Assembly: GCA_963786955.1 (NCBI GenBank) | Contig: CAWBAT010000003.1 | Location: forward strand, 256,001 to 320,000 | Source of the DNA: an uncultured Acidimicrobiia bacterium | GTDB taxonomy: Bacteria; Acidobacteriota; Terriglobia; Versatilivoradales; Versatilivoraceae | Direction of reading: 5' to 3' | DNA: 64,000 bases | Shown: positions 42,701 through 52,428 of the stretch, in pieces | Numbering within the stretch: the stretch's first letter is position 1 | Layout of the letters: each line of letters opens with the position of its first letter | Notes under the pieces: generated by a model | What the model saw: only the letters and a program-made list of their open reading frames with translations | Told to the model about the DNA's origin: nothing | Databases searched by the model: none | Program-made: the position numbers and the translations under genes

Positions 42701-43178
42701 GCTGGATAGTGCCTTGGGCGCGGTCACCGAATTGATCAATAGCATTGCCATGATCTTGCTTTACTTTGTGTTTGCGGATCGACTGTCTGCCAGTTGGTCA
42801 CGAAAGAAGCTGGTAGTTTTTTTCTTTTTCCTGATTTTGGGATTGTCTCTGGCGGGCTTGCAGGAAATTGAGAGCATCAAGTACTGGGCCTTTTCTGGTC
42901 TCCTCTCAGGATTATTGATGTGGGGAGCTTACGTTCTGGTCTTCCGATTTGGGCTGCTCAGCCTGGCTTTTTCAGTCGGGACGGTGATCGTTCTCGGAGC
43001 CATCAAGCAAGCAGTCTACCATCCATTCCCTCATGCAGTCCTAGCAGGCCTTGTGCAAATCATAACCGTTGGCGTGTTGAGCTACTATTGTGTCAAAAAA
43101 CTGGAAGGCCAGGGCAGCTCAACGAGGTGTCTGATTGAGCATCGGGTGGCGCACCCATTAGAAGGCCTTTGTCAATAG
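39787..43178 (+). CDS. Large membrane protein with a CPBP (Abi/CAAX type II) intramembrane metalloprotease domain (frameshift ~42230)
   Basis: WEECLFR, FGAGH and SHFVFD motifs with many TM segments. The last codons run into the IS end. Confidence 0.85.
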
Positions 43179-44825
43179 AACAAACTACCCCTTGAGTGCG
43201 ACGTAGACTTTTTTGCAAAGGCTCCCTTGCCAGATTCCTTTCTCGATCTTCAGAGCTAGCGGCTCATCGAGGACCGTACGCTGTCTACCGGCGGCCTTAG
43301 CTGGGTCTACGGGCTAAATTCCTTAGCTTTCTCCAGCCATGATTCGAACTGGAGAAGGCGGAAGGATCTCGGCCGAGTTTTTGAACCACGCACCCAGGGT
43401 TTTCTTGCTTGAGGATCGGCTCGTATCGAGTCCGTCCATGCACCCATCAGGATCAAGGCTATCGAGGACCATTGGCCTCATTAGCCCCTGGCGCCGTGCG
43501 GCGCCCCAGAAAATCGTTGGTACCAGACCGTGTCCAATGGGCGTGACCGGGTCACAGAATCGGTGGTTCTCCAAGCCAACCGGCTTGGACCAGCGCCGGG
43601 CAGGCTCGCGGTCTGGGCGTGCTCGAAAACATCAGCCTATATCGGGACGGGGACTGTGTCCAATCAGACAGCTGGATTTACACCAGCGCCACCCAAGGCT
43701 CACAGCCCCCACCCAGCTTTAGCTGCTGAACAAGCGGGTCGGTTCAAACCGCACCTGATCTCGCAGCACATAATAACAGGCCCGCGCCAGCTTGTGAGCC
43801 AGGGCCTTAATTGCCAGCGTCCGATTGACGGCGGCTGTTTTCCGTTCCACAAATCGTCGGGCTGACCCATACGACCGGGCCGCGTGGGTCGCTGCCTCCA
43901 CAAAGGCCCAGGCCAGATACCGGTTGCCGTTATGGCGGTTGTTCTCCCCTTTCTTCTTCTGGTTGCTCAACCGGGTGCTGGCGACACAGCGGCAGTAAGA
44001 GGCGTAATCACCGACTTGAGGGAATCGCCCGATGTCGCCGGTCTCCAGCCAGATGGTCAGGGCGAGAATTGGTCCCACCCCATAGACACTTTGCAACAAC
44101 TCAAAGGAGGCTTCCGGCTTGGCCTGGCTCTTGAGCTGTTTCTCAATGACCGCAATCTGTTTGTCCAGAGCCTGGATCACCAGCAGCGAACTCTCCACCG
44201 CCAGCCTCCGTTCCCGGTCGGGAAACAACTCCCGAACCTCGGCGACACTCAGCTGCCGAATCGGGGTGTCGGGACTGCGCCGTCCCTGGTGGCGACTCAA
44301 CAGATTGTTGACGTGCAATAACTGACTGGTGCATTGCCTCACCAGAAAACTGCGTTGTCGCAACAGATCTCTCAGTGGCCGCTGCCCAGCCGGGTAAATG
44401 TAGCCGGTTGGCAAAAGCTTCAGCCGCAGCATCTCCCCCAGCCAGCGCGCATCTGACTTGTCGTCACTGTACTTGAGCCCCTGGTACTGCTGCATCGCAT
44501 TCGGGTTGGCCAGCTTCACCGAGTAGCCCGCTTCCTTCAGTCCATCCACCAACCAGTACCAGTTGTAGGTCGACTCCACGGCCAGCTCCACAATCTGCTC
44601 TCGATACGGCTCTAGTTGCTCTAGCACCACCATCATCTCATTGGGCAACCGACACCGATGCACCACGATTCCTCCTTCGTCCAGCAGCACCAGATAACTG
44701 TTGTTGGCATGCAGATCGATTCCGCCATATAGTTTCATCAGAGGTCTCCTTTCGGGATTAAGTTCGGTACTTAACCCTGAGTCTATCCCATTCGGATAGA
44801 CTCAGGAGGCCTTCTAGATGATTAT
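43158..44825 (-). mobile_element. IS110-family (IS1111-like) insertion sequence, copy A, ~1668 bp
   Basis: Reverse complement of 45454-47121 with one noticed substitution. Subterminal IR TAGAAGGCCT and a long 3' non-coding end. Confidence 0.93.
43719..44738 (-). CDS. IS110-family DEDD transposase/recombinase
   Basis: GIDLH, VEST, KYSDDKSDA, SVYGVG, GNRYL. Confidence 0.96.
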   Translation of the reverse strand: MKLYGGIDLHANNSYLVLLDEGGIVVHRCRLPNEMMVVLEQLEPYREQIVELAVESTYNWYWLVDGLKEAGYSVKLANPNAMQQYQGLKYSDDKSDARWLGEMLRLKLLPTGYIYPAGQRPLRDLLRQRSFLVRQCTSQLLHVNNLLSRHQGRRSPDTPIRQLSVAEVRELFPDRERRLAVESSLLVIQALDKQIAVIEKQLKSQAKPEASFELLQSVYGVGPILALTIWLETGDIGRFPQVGDYASYCRCVASTRLSNQKKKGENNRHNGNRYLAWAFVEAATHAARSYGSARRFVERKTAAVNRTLAIKALAHKLARACYYVLRDQVRFEPTRLFSS

Positions 44826-45070
44826 CAGACATGCGCAGTGTGCATGTCTGCGAGGAGAAAGAATGGTCATGGGTGCGCCACCCGGCGATTTCGGGAGTCA
44901 TCTACTATTGTTTTCTGCTATTGCCTGCTCCGAGGTTCTGGGCCCACTGGCAATTCTGGGGGGGCTTGTTATCTTTGTGCCTGTTGGAATATGTAAACTG
45001 CGTGGACGCAGACGTAGCAGGTAGCGCCGAGTTGATTTTCAACTCTGCGGCTATTTGACACCGGAGAGGA

Positions 45071-45195
45071 GAAAAGCCGCGGACCCGAAAGTCGGGTCCG
45101 CGCTACACTCGGGCAAAGCCGCGTCGCGGCGGCCTGTCTCTAGAATAGAGTGTTTGGCAAGGATCGCAGCTCCGTCAGGAGCGACCTGTTTGCAG
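45071..45195. repeat. Mixed REP stack inside the spacer between the two IS copies
   Basis: gccgcggacccgaaagtcgggtccgcgctac, followed by RAYT-family REPs at 45118 and 45169 (51 bp apart). Confidence 0.75.
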
Positions 45196-45540
45196 CCATG
45201 CTCTGCGGGAAAATGGGGGGGCCGAGACCTGGAAAGCTGGTAGCCAAGATTGACGCGCTTTTTGCGGCTATCGGGGGCTTGTACTCAGGTTATTCGCTGT
45301 CCACGATTGACCGGCATAACGTGCCGGTCAATCGTGGCTACCCATATTCTATGCCTCTACTAACTGTAAACCCGAGGACTCCTGCATCAGCTGAAGAGCC
45401 ACTTTGTTGTTGAAACATTTATCTCACGCAGACATGCGCAAACCACATGTCTGATAATCATCTAGAAGGCCTCCTGAGTCTATCCGAATGGGATAGACTC
45501 AGGGTTAAGTACCGAACTTAATCCCGAAAGGAGACCTCTG

Positions 45541-46560
45541 ATGAAACTATATGGCGGAATCGATCTGCATGCCAACAACAGTTATCTGGTGCTGCTGGAC
45601 GAAGGAGGAATCGTGGTGCATCGGTGTCGGTTGCCCAATGAGATGATGGTGGTGCTAGAGCAACTAGAGCCGTATCGAGAGCAGATTGTGGAGCTGGCCG
45701 TGGAGTCGACCTACAACTGGTACTGGTTGGTGGATGGACTGAAGGAAGCGGGCTACTCGGTGAAGCTGGCCAACCCGAATGCGATGCAGCAGTACCAGGG
45801 GCTCAAGTACAGTGACGACAAGTCAGATGCGCGCTGGCTGGGGGAGATGCTGCGGCTGAAGCTTTTGCCAACCGGCTACATTTACCCGGCTGGGCAGCGG
45901 CCACTGAGAGATCTGTTGCGACAACGCAGTTTTCTGGTGAGGCAATGCACCAGTCAGTTATTGCACGTCAACAATCTGTTGAGTCGCCACCAGGGACGGC
46001 GCAGTCCCGACACCCCGATTCGGCAGCTGAGTGTCGCCGAGGTTCGGGAGTTGTTTCCCGACCGGGAACGGAGGCTGGCGGTGGAGAGTTCGCTGCTGGT
46101 GATCCAGGCTCTGGACAAACAGATTGCGGTCATTGAGAAACAGCTCAAGAGCCAGGCCAAGCCGGAAGCCTCCTTTGAGTTGTTGCAAAGTGTCTATGGG
46201 GTGGGACCAATTCTCGCCCTGACCATCTGGCTGGAGACCGGCGACATCGGGCGATTCCCTCAAGTCGGTGATTACGCCTCTTACTGCCGCTGTGTCGCCA
46301 GCACCCGGTTGAGCAACCAGAAGAAGAAAGGGGAGAACAACCGCCATAACGGCAACCGGTATCTGGCCTGGGCCTTTGTGGAGGCAGCGACCCACGCGGC
46401 CCGGTCGTATGGGTCAGCCCGACGATTTGTGGAACGGAAAACAGCCGCCGTCAATCGGACGCTGGCAATTAAGGCCCTGGCTCACAAGCTGGCGCGGGCC
46501 TGTTATTATGTGCTGCGAGATCAGGTGCGGTTTGAACCGACCCGCTTGTTCAGCAGCTAA
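45541..46560 (+). CDS. IS110-family DEDD transposase/recombinase
   Basis: Protein identical to 43719..44738; GGAG RBS. Confidence 0.96.
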   Translation: MKLYGGIDLHANNSYLVLLDEGGIVVHRCRLPNEMMVVLEQLEPYREQIVELAVESTYNWYWLVDGLKEAGYSVKLANPNAMQQYQGLKYSDDKSDARWLGEMLRLKLLPTGYIYPAGQRPLRDLLRQRSFLVRQCTSQLLHVNNLLSRHQGRRSPDTPIRQLSVAEVRELFPDRERRLAVESSLLVIQALDKQIAVIEKQLKSQAKPEASFELLQSVYGVGPILALTIWLETGDIGRFPQVGDYASYCRCVASTRLSNQKKKGENNRHNGNRYLAWAFVEAATHAARSYGSARRFVERKTAAVNRTLAIKALAHKLARACYYVLRDQVRFEPTRLFSS

Positions 46561-47110
46561 AGCTGGGTGGGGGCTGTGAGCCTTGGGTGGCGCTGGTGTA
46601 AATCCAGCTGTCTGATTGGACACAGTCCCCGTCCCGATATAGGCTGATGTTTTCGAGCACGCCCAGACCGCGAGCCTGCCCGGCGCTGGTCCAAGCCGGT
46701 TGGCTTGGAGAACCACCGATTCTGTGACCCGGTCACGCCCATTGGACACGGTCTGGTACCAACGATTTTCTGGGGCGCCGCACGGCGCCAGGGGCTAATG
46801 AGGCCAATGGTCCTCGATAGCCTTGATCCTGATGGGTGCATGGACGGACTCGATACGAGCCGATCCTCAAGCAAGAAAACCCTGGGTGCGTGGTTCAAAA
46901 ACTCGGCCGGGATCCTTCCGCCTTCTCCAGTTCGAATCATGGCTGGAGAAAGCTAAGGAATTTAGCCCGTAGACCCAGCTAAGGCCGCCGGTAGACAGCG
47001 TACGGTCCTCGATGAGCCGCTAGCTCTGAAGATCGAGAAAGGAATCTGGCAAGGGAGCCTTTGCAAAAAAGTCTACGTCGCACTCAAGGGGTAGTTTGTT
47101 CTATTGACAA
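46561..47110 (+). ncRNA. Putative bridge/seek RNA region of IS copy B (mirror copy at 43169-43718 on the minus strand)
   Basis: Structured non-coding 3' end. The loop at 46569-46630 holds GGGTGGCGC and TGTCTG, which match the two flanks of the insertion site. Confidence 0.7.
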
Positions 47111-47175
47111 AGGCCTTCTAATGGGTGCGCCACCCGAGATTTACGGGAACACCAATCTTCAAATATGATAAGGCT

Positions 47176-47751
47176 TCATTTTCGACCAGCAGCGTCAATG
47201 CTATTGGTTGGATCTGCTCCCTCCAAGTGAAACATCGGCGGTCGGTCCATAGGTCGAAGGGACATCCTTCTCCAGCAGCCGCAAGTAAACCGTGAGTTGC
47301 GTTCGATGATGGGCTGTATGCAGGACTCGCGCCAGAAGATCCAAATTCTTTCCCTTTCCACATCAAAAAAACAAACTTTCTCGAGCCACCAAGGTTCTTC
47401 CTTAGCGGCGAGAAAATTCAATCGTGGCACTGCCAACTCCACCAGGCGGGAAGCAAAATCTCCCGGCGTTTCCTGGGCGAGTAGGATCTGAGCGGGAGCA
47501 GGTTCTGGAGAGTCTAAAAACTCTCCAAAAAATCGCCGCTCTGAGAGGAGTTGATGTTTCAGGATCTCGAGCACACTGCTGGATCGTGGATGTGGCTTAA
47601 AACTCAAATCATCTAAGGTGAACTTTCCCCAAACCGAGGCGACTTTATTTGTCTCACTGACATAGGTGTCCAGAAGATGCTGGAATTGCGGGGAAATGGC
47701 TGGGGGAATCTTCGAATCTGGAATTGAAATGGTGGAGTAACCCATAGACAT
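47176..47751 (-). CDS. DinB-family protein (frameshift ~47330)
   Basis: FKPHPRS..ILKHQLLSERRFF. An alternative frame gives LHTAHHRTQLTVYLRLL. Confidence 0.8.
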   Translation of the reverse strand: MSMGYSTISIPDSKIPPAISPQFQHLLDTYVSETNKVASVWGKFTLDDLSFKPHPRSSSVLEILKHQLLSERRFFGEFLDSPEPAPAQILLAQETPGDFASRLVELAVPRLNFLAAKEEPWWLEKVCFFDVERERIWIFWRESCIQPIIERNSRFTCGCWRRMSLRPMDRPPMFHLEGADPTNSIDAAGRK

Positions 47752-48073
47752 TTATTATACCCCTGTAAAGATGACCAGAATGGCCCGTATACTGCGAAGC
47801 AAAAACTTCTTCATGCTAGCAACCCATGGCGAAACGTCAACCAAGGTACTATTGTCCCACCGCACATTGCGGCAATATATGTCGTGATTGCGTGCTCTCT
47901 TTCTACCCTCCAAGAACCCAGTGGGATCATAGCCTTGGGGCCTGTTTCAGGGTAAACAGTGGCTTCTGAATGTCCCCCATTTTATTGGACACAAATGATG
48001 CGAGATTATAGGATGTCGGCCTAATAATGAACCGCTCACTTGGAACGATCCGTCTTCGCAATAGGAAAAGGGA

Positions 48074-49429
48074 ATGAGTTCGGGAAACAGCTCTACTGTC
48101 AGTAGCCAGCGGAATGCTTTCGCACGTTTCTTTAAGTCTGAAGCAACGAGCAGCATCCTTCTTCTGTTGTGTACGATTGTCGCCCTCCTGTGGGCGAACT
48201 CTTCAAGATCCGAGCTGTATAGTCATATTCTCCAAACTAAGGTTGGGCTTTCATGGGGGGATTCGAAGTTTGCGTTGTCTCTGCACCACTGGATTAATGA
48301 CGGCTTGATGACCTTGTTCTTCTTCATCGTCGGTTTGGAAATCAAGCGAGAAATCGTGGTCGGCCAACTCTCATCTTTCAAGAAGGCCGTTCTCCCTGTC
48401 GCTGCGGCCGTAGGTGGCATGGTTGTGCCCGCGCTGATCTACCTGAGTCTCAACGCTGGAAGCGAAGGGGCTCGCGGATGGGGCATTGCCATGGCGACGG
48501 ATATTGCCTTTGCCATTGGAATTTTGTCCCTGCTGGGTTCGCGCGTCCCGGTGGGCCTCAAACTGTTTCTCACGGCTCTAGCCATTACGGACGACCTGGG
48601 AGCCGTTCTCGTGATCGCCGTGTTCTATACGGACCATATACGAGTAGGGGCACTGTTCGCCGCGGCTGTCTTTCTCGCTCTGCTGGTTGTCGCGCAACGG
48701 TTGGGAATCCGGCTTGCCTCTGTTTATGCGGTCCTGGCTATTGGTGTCTGGGTGGCGATTGTGATGTCCGGTGTGCATGCCACCGTGGCAGGGATTCTCG
48801 TCGCCATGGTTGTGCCGGTACGCCCACGCATTGAGCCCAAGAAATTCCTCAGCATTGCCCGTGACCGCATTGGAACCCTTGAAAACAATCTCGCATCTGA
48901 GAGCACGACTCTTGTTCGAGAGCAGATCGATGCCATCGAAACATTGCATATTGCCACGAAGGACGTGATCCCAGCTGGACTCTCATTTGAGCACTATCTC
49001 CATCCGGTGACGGCCTACGTCATCATCCCGTTATTCGCGCTCTTCAACGCCGGTGTAGCGGTCAACGCCGGTGTCGTCAGTGCGTTCGTCAATCCCGTCA
49101 GTCTCGGCGTTCTCATGGGTCTCTTCGTGGGTAAGCAGGTCGGGGTCACCCTTGCAAGTTGGATTGCGATTCGCCTTCGTGCAGCCGAAATGCCTCCGGG
49201 AGTCACTTGGGGACAGATCTATGGAGCGGCCATCTTGGCGGGAATTGGTTTTACGATGTCGCTTTTTGTCGCGGATCTCGCTTTTCCGAGCGGGACTCTG
49301 ATTGGCCCGGCCAAGCTGGGCATCCTGGCCGCTTCAACACTGGCTGGCGTTGCGGGATATGGAGTACTCCGCATCGCCTTACGGAAGGTGGCTAAGCCGG
49401 CCAATATGCCATCAAGCTCCCTTCACTAA
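48074..49429 (+). CDS. nhaA: Na+/H+ antiporter NhaA
   Basis: WINDGLM, GLEIKRE, MATDIAFA, LAITDDLGA, GIGFTMSLF. Confidence 0.96.
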   Translation: MSSGNSSTVSSQRNAFARFFKSEATSSILLLLCTIVALLWANSSRSELYSHILQTKVGLSWGDSKFALSLHHWINDGLMTLFFFIVGLEIKREIVVGQLSSFKKAVLPVAAAVGGMVVPALIYLSLNAGSEGARGWGIAMATDIAFAIGILSLLGSRVPVGLKLFLTALAITDDLGAVLVIAVFYTDHIRVGALFAAAVFLALLVVAQRLGIRLASVYAVLAIGVWVAIVMSGVHATVAGILVAMVVPVRPRIEPKKFLSIARDRIGTLENNLASESTTLVREQIDAIETLHIATKDVIPAGLSFEHYLHPVTAYVIIPLFALFNAGVAVNAGVVSAFVNPVSLGVLMGLFVGKQVGVTLASWIAIRLRAAEMPPGVTWGQIYGAAILAGIGFTMSLFVADLAFPSGTLIGPAKLGILAASTLAGVAGYGVLRIALRKVAKPANMPSSSLH

Positions 49430-49433
49430 ACTC

Positions 49434-50108
49434 TCACTTGACCAAACCACGTTTTCCCATCTCCTTGTAAATCGCCTTGGCGATCCCCGCCACAGCGTCT
49501 TCGATAGATTTTGGATTCGTGGTTTGAGTCACGCTGGTCCAGAGCAGTTTGTCATCCTTGATCGAGTAAATGGTTGTTTCCACTTGGTAAATCTTATCGG
49601 TGTAGACGTAACCCGGGTCATATAGGGACGACCAGGCCCAGCCATAATATCCCCAAAAAGTTCCATAATAGGGTGGATAGGCTCCGGGTACATAGGTGAC
49701 CTTGTCCTGAGCTCGAAGCAGGCGCATGACGACCGCTCCATCAAATCCTAACTGCTGGATTTTCTGTTTGGCCTGATCTTTATTGAGGAAATCTGATTCA
49801 TTAAGGACATTATAGGCTTGGAACGGATTGCCCTTTTTGATCTCAAAGGCCATGTAGTTTTCTACTATTTGACGATTCCCCGGGTCCTTGGCAATGCAAA
49901 TAGTCAAAATATGGTTAAAAGAATAATTTCCGATACCGGGAGCTGCCCAACTCTGAATCAGCTTGGTGCCAGCCCAAACTTCGGGGAGAACAGGGGTGGT
50001 CCCAAAAAGCATTAGAAACAAAACACACCGAACAAAGAACAGACGCACAGGAAACCTCCTATTTAAATAATGAATATTTCTTATCTCTTCTTCTATTTTG
50101 GATGACAT
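49434..50108 (-). CDS. Hypothetical exported protein (DUF4136-like)
   Basis: Hydrophobic leader, Tyr/Gly-rich segment, ET.IYS...KLLW. Start is uncertain. Confidence 0.65.
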   Translation of the reverse strand: MSSKIEEEIRNIHYLNRRFPVRLFFVRCVLFLMLFGTTPVLPEVWAGTKLIQSWAAPGIGNYSFNHILTICIAKDPGNRQIVENYMAFEIKKGNPFQAYNVLNESDFLNKDQAKQKIQQLGFDGAVVMRLLRAQDKVTYVPGAYPPYYGTFWGYYGWAWSSLYDPGYVYTDKIYQVETTIYSIKDDKLLWTSVTQTTNPKSIEDAVAGIAKAIYKEMGKRGLVK

Positions 50109-50208
50109 TCGTGTCCACTCGTGAATTGGCTAGTTATTGTCGCAGAGTTGTCAAACACTGAAATGACCAGCCAGGATTTTAAGTATCCTGTTTTATGCAA
50201 TTCATCTC

Positions 50209-50412
50209 AACCACAAAGAGCACAGAGAGAGAGAGGCGTCAAACCTTGTGCTCTGAACGGTCACCCAAGAGCTAGTCTAAGGATGTCTCTCTCCTGTAGT
50301 TTGTCAAACCATTTGCGAACATTCGCCGTGGCGGTAGAACGGTGCTGGCCACGCTTTCATATCCACCATCAGCTCCCAGAGGTCTATGCGCTCTTTGCGT
50401 TCTTTGTGGTCA
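50209..50412. repeat. ~205-bp TIR-bounded element, copy 1 (downstream of the GxxExxY gene)
   Basis: aaccacaaagagcacagag ... ctctttgcgttctttgtggt; near-identical to 50995-51205. Confidence 0.9.
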
Positions 50413-50577
50413 AATCAACCCCTGGTTCCGTCAACAAATAGAGTTCACGTTTGATCTCAGCTTTCAGCTCAGCCTCAGTGGGCAGATAGAGCTTGTAGCG
50501 GCTGGTAAAGATCTTCTGTCGTTGCGGTTTATGACATCACAACTACAAAGAACGGAAAGGATTCCTTGCCCTGCGAT

Positions 50578-50976
50578 CTAGGCGTTCTTTGAGGCTACCT
50601 TCCCCTCCGTCCAGACAAACTTACGGATTTGAAACTTGTAAGAGCCAAAGTTGATCAGGAGCCCGTGCTCTAGACGCGTCGACTTCAAATAGCCGAGAAT
50701 CTGTGCCTCGTGTTCGGATGCCAAGGCCTTGGCTGTCTTGAGTTCGACAATCAAGGTCCCTTCCACGATCAAATCTGCCAGGTACTCTCCGATCAGGGTG
50801 CTGTCTTCATCATAAACTTTGATGGGGAATTGCTGTTTCACATCGAGACCCGTCTTGCGAAGCCGATGAGCAAGAGCATTCTCATAGACTTTCTCCAGAT
50901 GCCCATGCCCGTGGTAGATATGAATGTCATAAGCCGTCTGCCGAACAAAATCGCACAATTGGTGAATGTCTTTCAA
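50578..50976 (-). CDS. GxxExxY protein (PD-(D/E)XK-like fold)
   Basis: GHLEKVY, ADLIVE...VELK, AQILGYL, GLLINFG. TTG start follows AGAGGTG. Confidence 0.92.
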   Translation of the reverse strand: MKDIHQLCDFVRQTAYDIHIYHGHGHLEKVYENALAHRLRKTGLDVKQQFPIKVYDEDSTLIGEYLADLIVEGTLIVELKTAKALASEHEAQILGYLKSTRLEHGLLINFGSYKFQIRKFVWTEGKVASKNA

Positions 50977-50994
50977 CCGACACCTCTTATTAAT

Positions 50995-51205
50995 AACCGC
51001 AAAGAACACAAAGAGCACAGAGAGAGAGGCGTCAAACCTTGTGCTCTGAACGGTCACCCAAGAGCTAGTCTAAGGATGTCTCTCTCCTGTAGTTTGTCAA
51101 CCCATTTGCGAACATTCGCTGTGGCGGTAGAACGGTGCTGGCCACGCTTTCATATTCACCATCAGCTCCCAGAGGTCTATGTGCTCTTTGGGTTCTTTGC
51201 GGTCA
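50995..51205. repeat. ~210-bp TIR-bounded element, copy 2 (immediately upstream of the GxxExxY gene)
   Basis: aaccgcaaagaacacaaagagcacag ... gtgctctttgggttctttgcggt. Confidence 0.9.
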
Positions 51206-51262
51206 AGTTCCCTCTGGTACGAATTCTCAAGATAAATTAATCACGAACAACCTATGAAAGGA

Positions 51263-52400
51263 TCAACTCTTCGCCCGAAATCGGGCCGGTGCAAACTCAT
51301 TGACCAGAGTGTGCTCCCGAGACTGTAAGATCATACTGGCTGCCAGCACTCCCACCGAATAGCTGACGGTCACTCCATGCCCGCCCAACCCCGCAACCCA
51401 GAAGAACCCCTCAAGCTTTGGATCCCAACCAATGACGAATCGTCGATCCGGGGCGAAAGTTCTCAGGCCGCACCAGGAATTACGAATGGGCAAGTCGGCC
51501 AACTTGGGAAAGTATTGTATCGTCTTGTGTGCCAATAGTTCTAATACAGCGGGGTCCTGTGTGGGAAGACCTGGTTTCTGGAGTGACTCATCGCAAGGGC
51601 TGAGGAGTAATCCACCGGATTCAGGGCGGAAATAGATTTCATGGGAAACATCCCAGACAATGGGCCAATCGGAAGAGACCCAATCGAGAGCATCGGTGAC
51701 GAATAGATGCCGTCGAAAAGGCGACAAGGAAATAGGAGTGGCACCAGCCAGAGTGCCGACCTCTCCGGCCCAGGCACCGGCTGCATCAACCAGTATGTCG
51801 GTTTCGAATTCGTGGGCTTCAGTTTGGACGGCGGCGACACGATTTCCCCGGGTAATGGATGGCCGTCTATTTTCTCGGAAAACCGCACCTCCGCCCCCAA
51901 GGCCATGGCTGCTCCGAGATACCCATGGATGAGAGCATGGATGTCAATGACTCCATCATTGGGACACCAGACTCCACCGACTGTGGGGGAGCCTTCCAGG
52001 ACAGGCACTTTCGCGATAATCTGATCCAGCGGCAACCATTCCACTTCAATGCCCGAACGTTTAGCCAGGAGAGCATCATTTTGAAGCTGCTTCGCACCCT
52101 CTCTCGTCTGCGAGCAGGAAAGACCCGGTTTGTTGGAACGCAGGTTTCTATAGGCCACGAATCGGGCAAATGGCGCAGAAAAGCCGCTCCTCCTCGGGCC
52201 ATTGCACTGGCGGGTTCCCCAGAGATGACTTGTCGAACCATGGCCGCATTCCGTCCGGAAGCATGCATTCCAGGAACGGCTTCCTGCTCCAAAACAATGA
52301 CATTGTTCATGCCCATCTGGGTCAAGTGATAGGCCGTGGCCGCACCCGCGAATCCTGCCCCACGATGACACAACGCTTTTGGGTCATCCCATGAACTCAT
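51263..52400 (-). CDS. FAD-dependent oxidoreductase (DAO/glycine oxidase family), frameshifted
   Basis: GAGFAGAATAYHL, ASGRNAA, WCGLRTFAPD, GLGGHG. Confidence 0.88.
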
Positions 52401-52428
52401 ACAACCTTTACCTTTCAAGCCTCCAACT

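Larger units (their letters stand above)
45454..47121 (+). mobile_element. IS110-family (IS1111-like) insertion sequence, copy B, ~1668 bp
   Basis: Flanked by TG on both sides (45452-53, 47122-23). IRs tagaaggcct (45463) and aggccttcta (47111). Exact ends are ambiguous because both copies share flanks. Confidence 0.93.

Noticed and set aside
44818-45413. Cargo genes of a composite transposon between the IS copies
   Set aside because: Only short overlapping ORFs running through REPs; no recognisable protein.
46557-46956. Small passenger ORFs in the IS110 3' end (83-127 aa, mirrored at 43323-43722)
   Set aside because: No RBS or recognisable motifs; the region is better explained as structured RNA.
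50121-51240. Duplicated + strand ORFs sharing RERGVKPCALNGHPRAS...
   Set aside because: These are translations of the non-coding direct repeats and the antisense strand of the GxxExxY gene.
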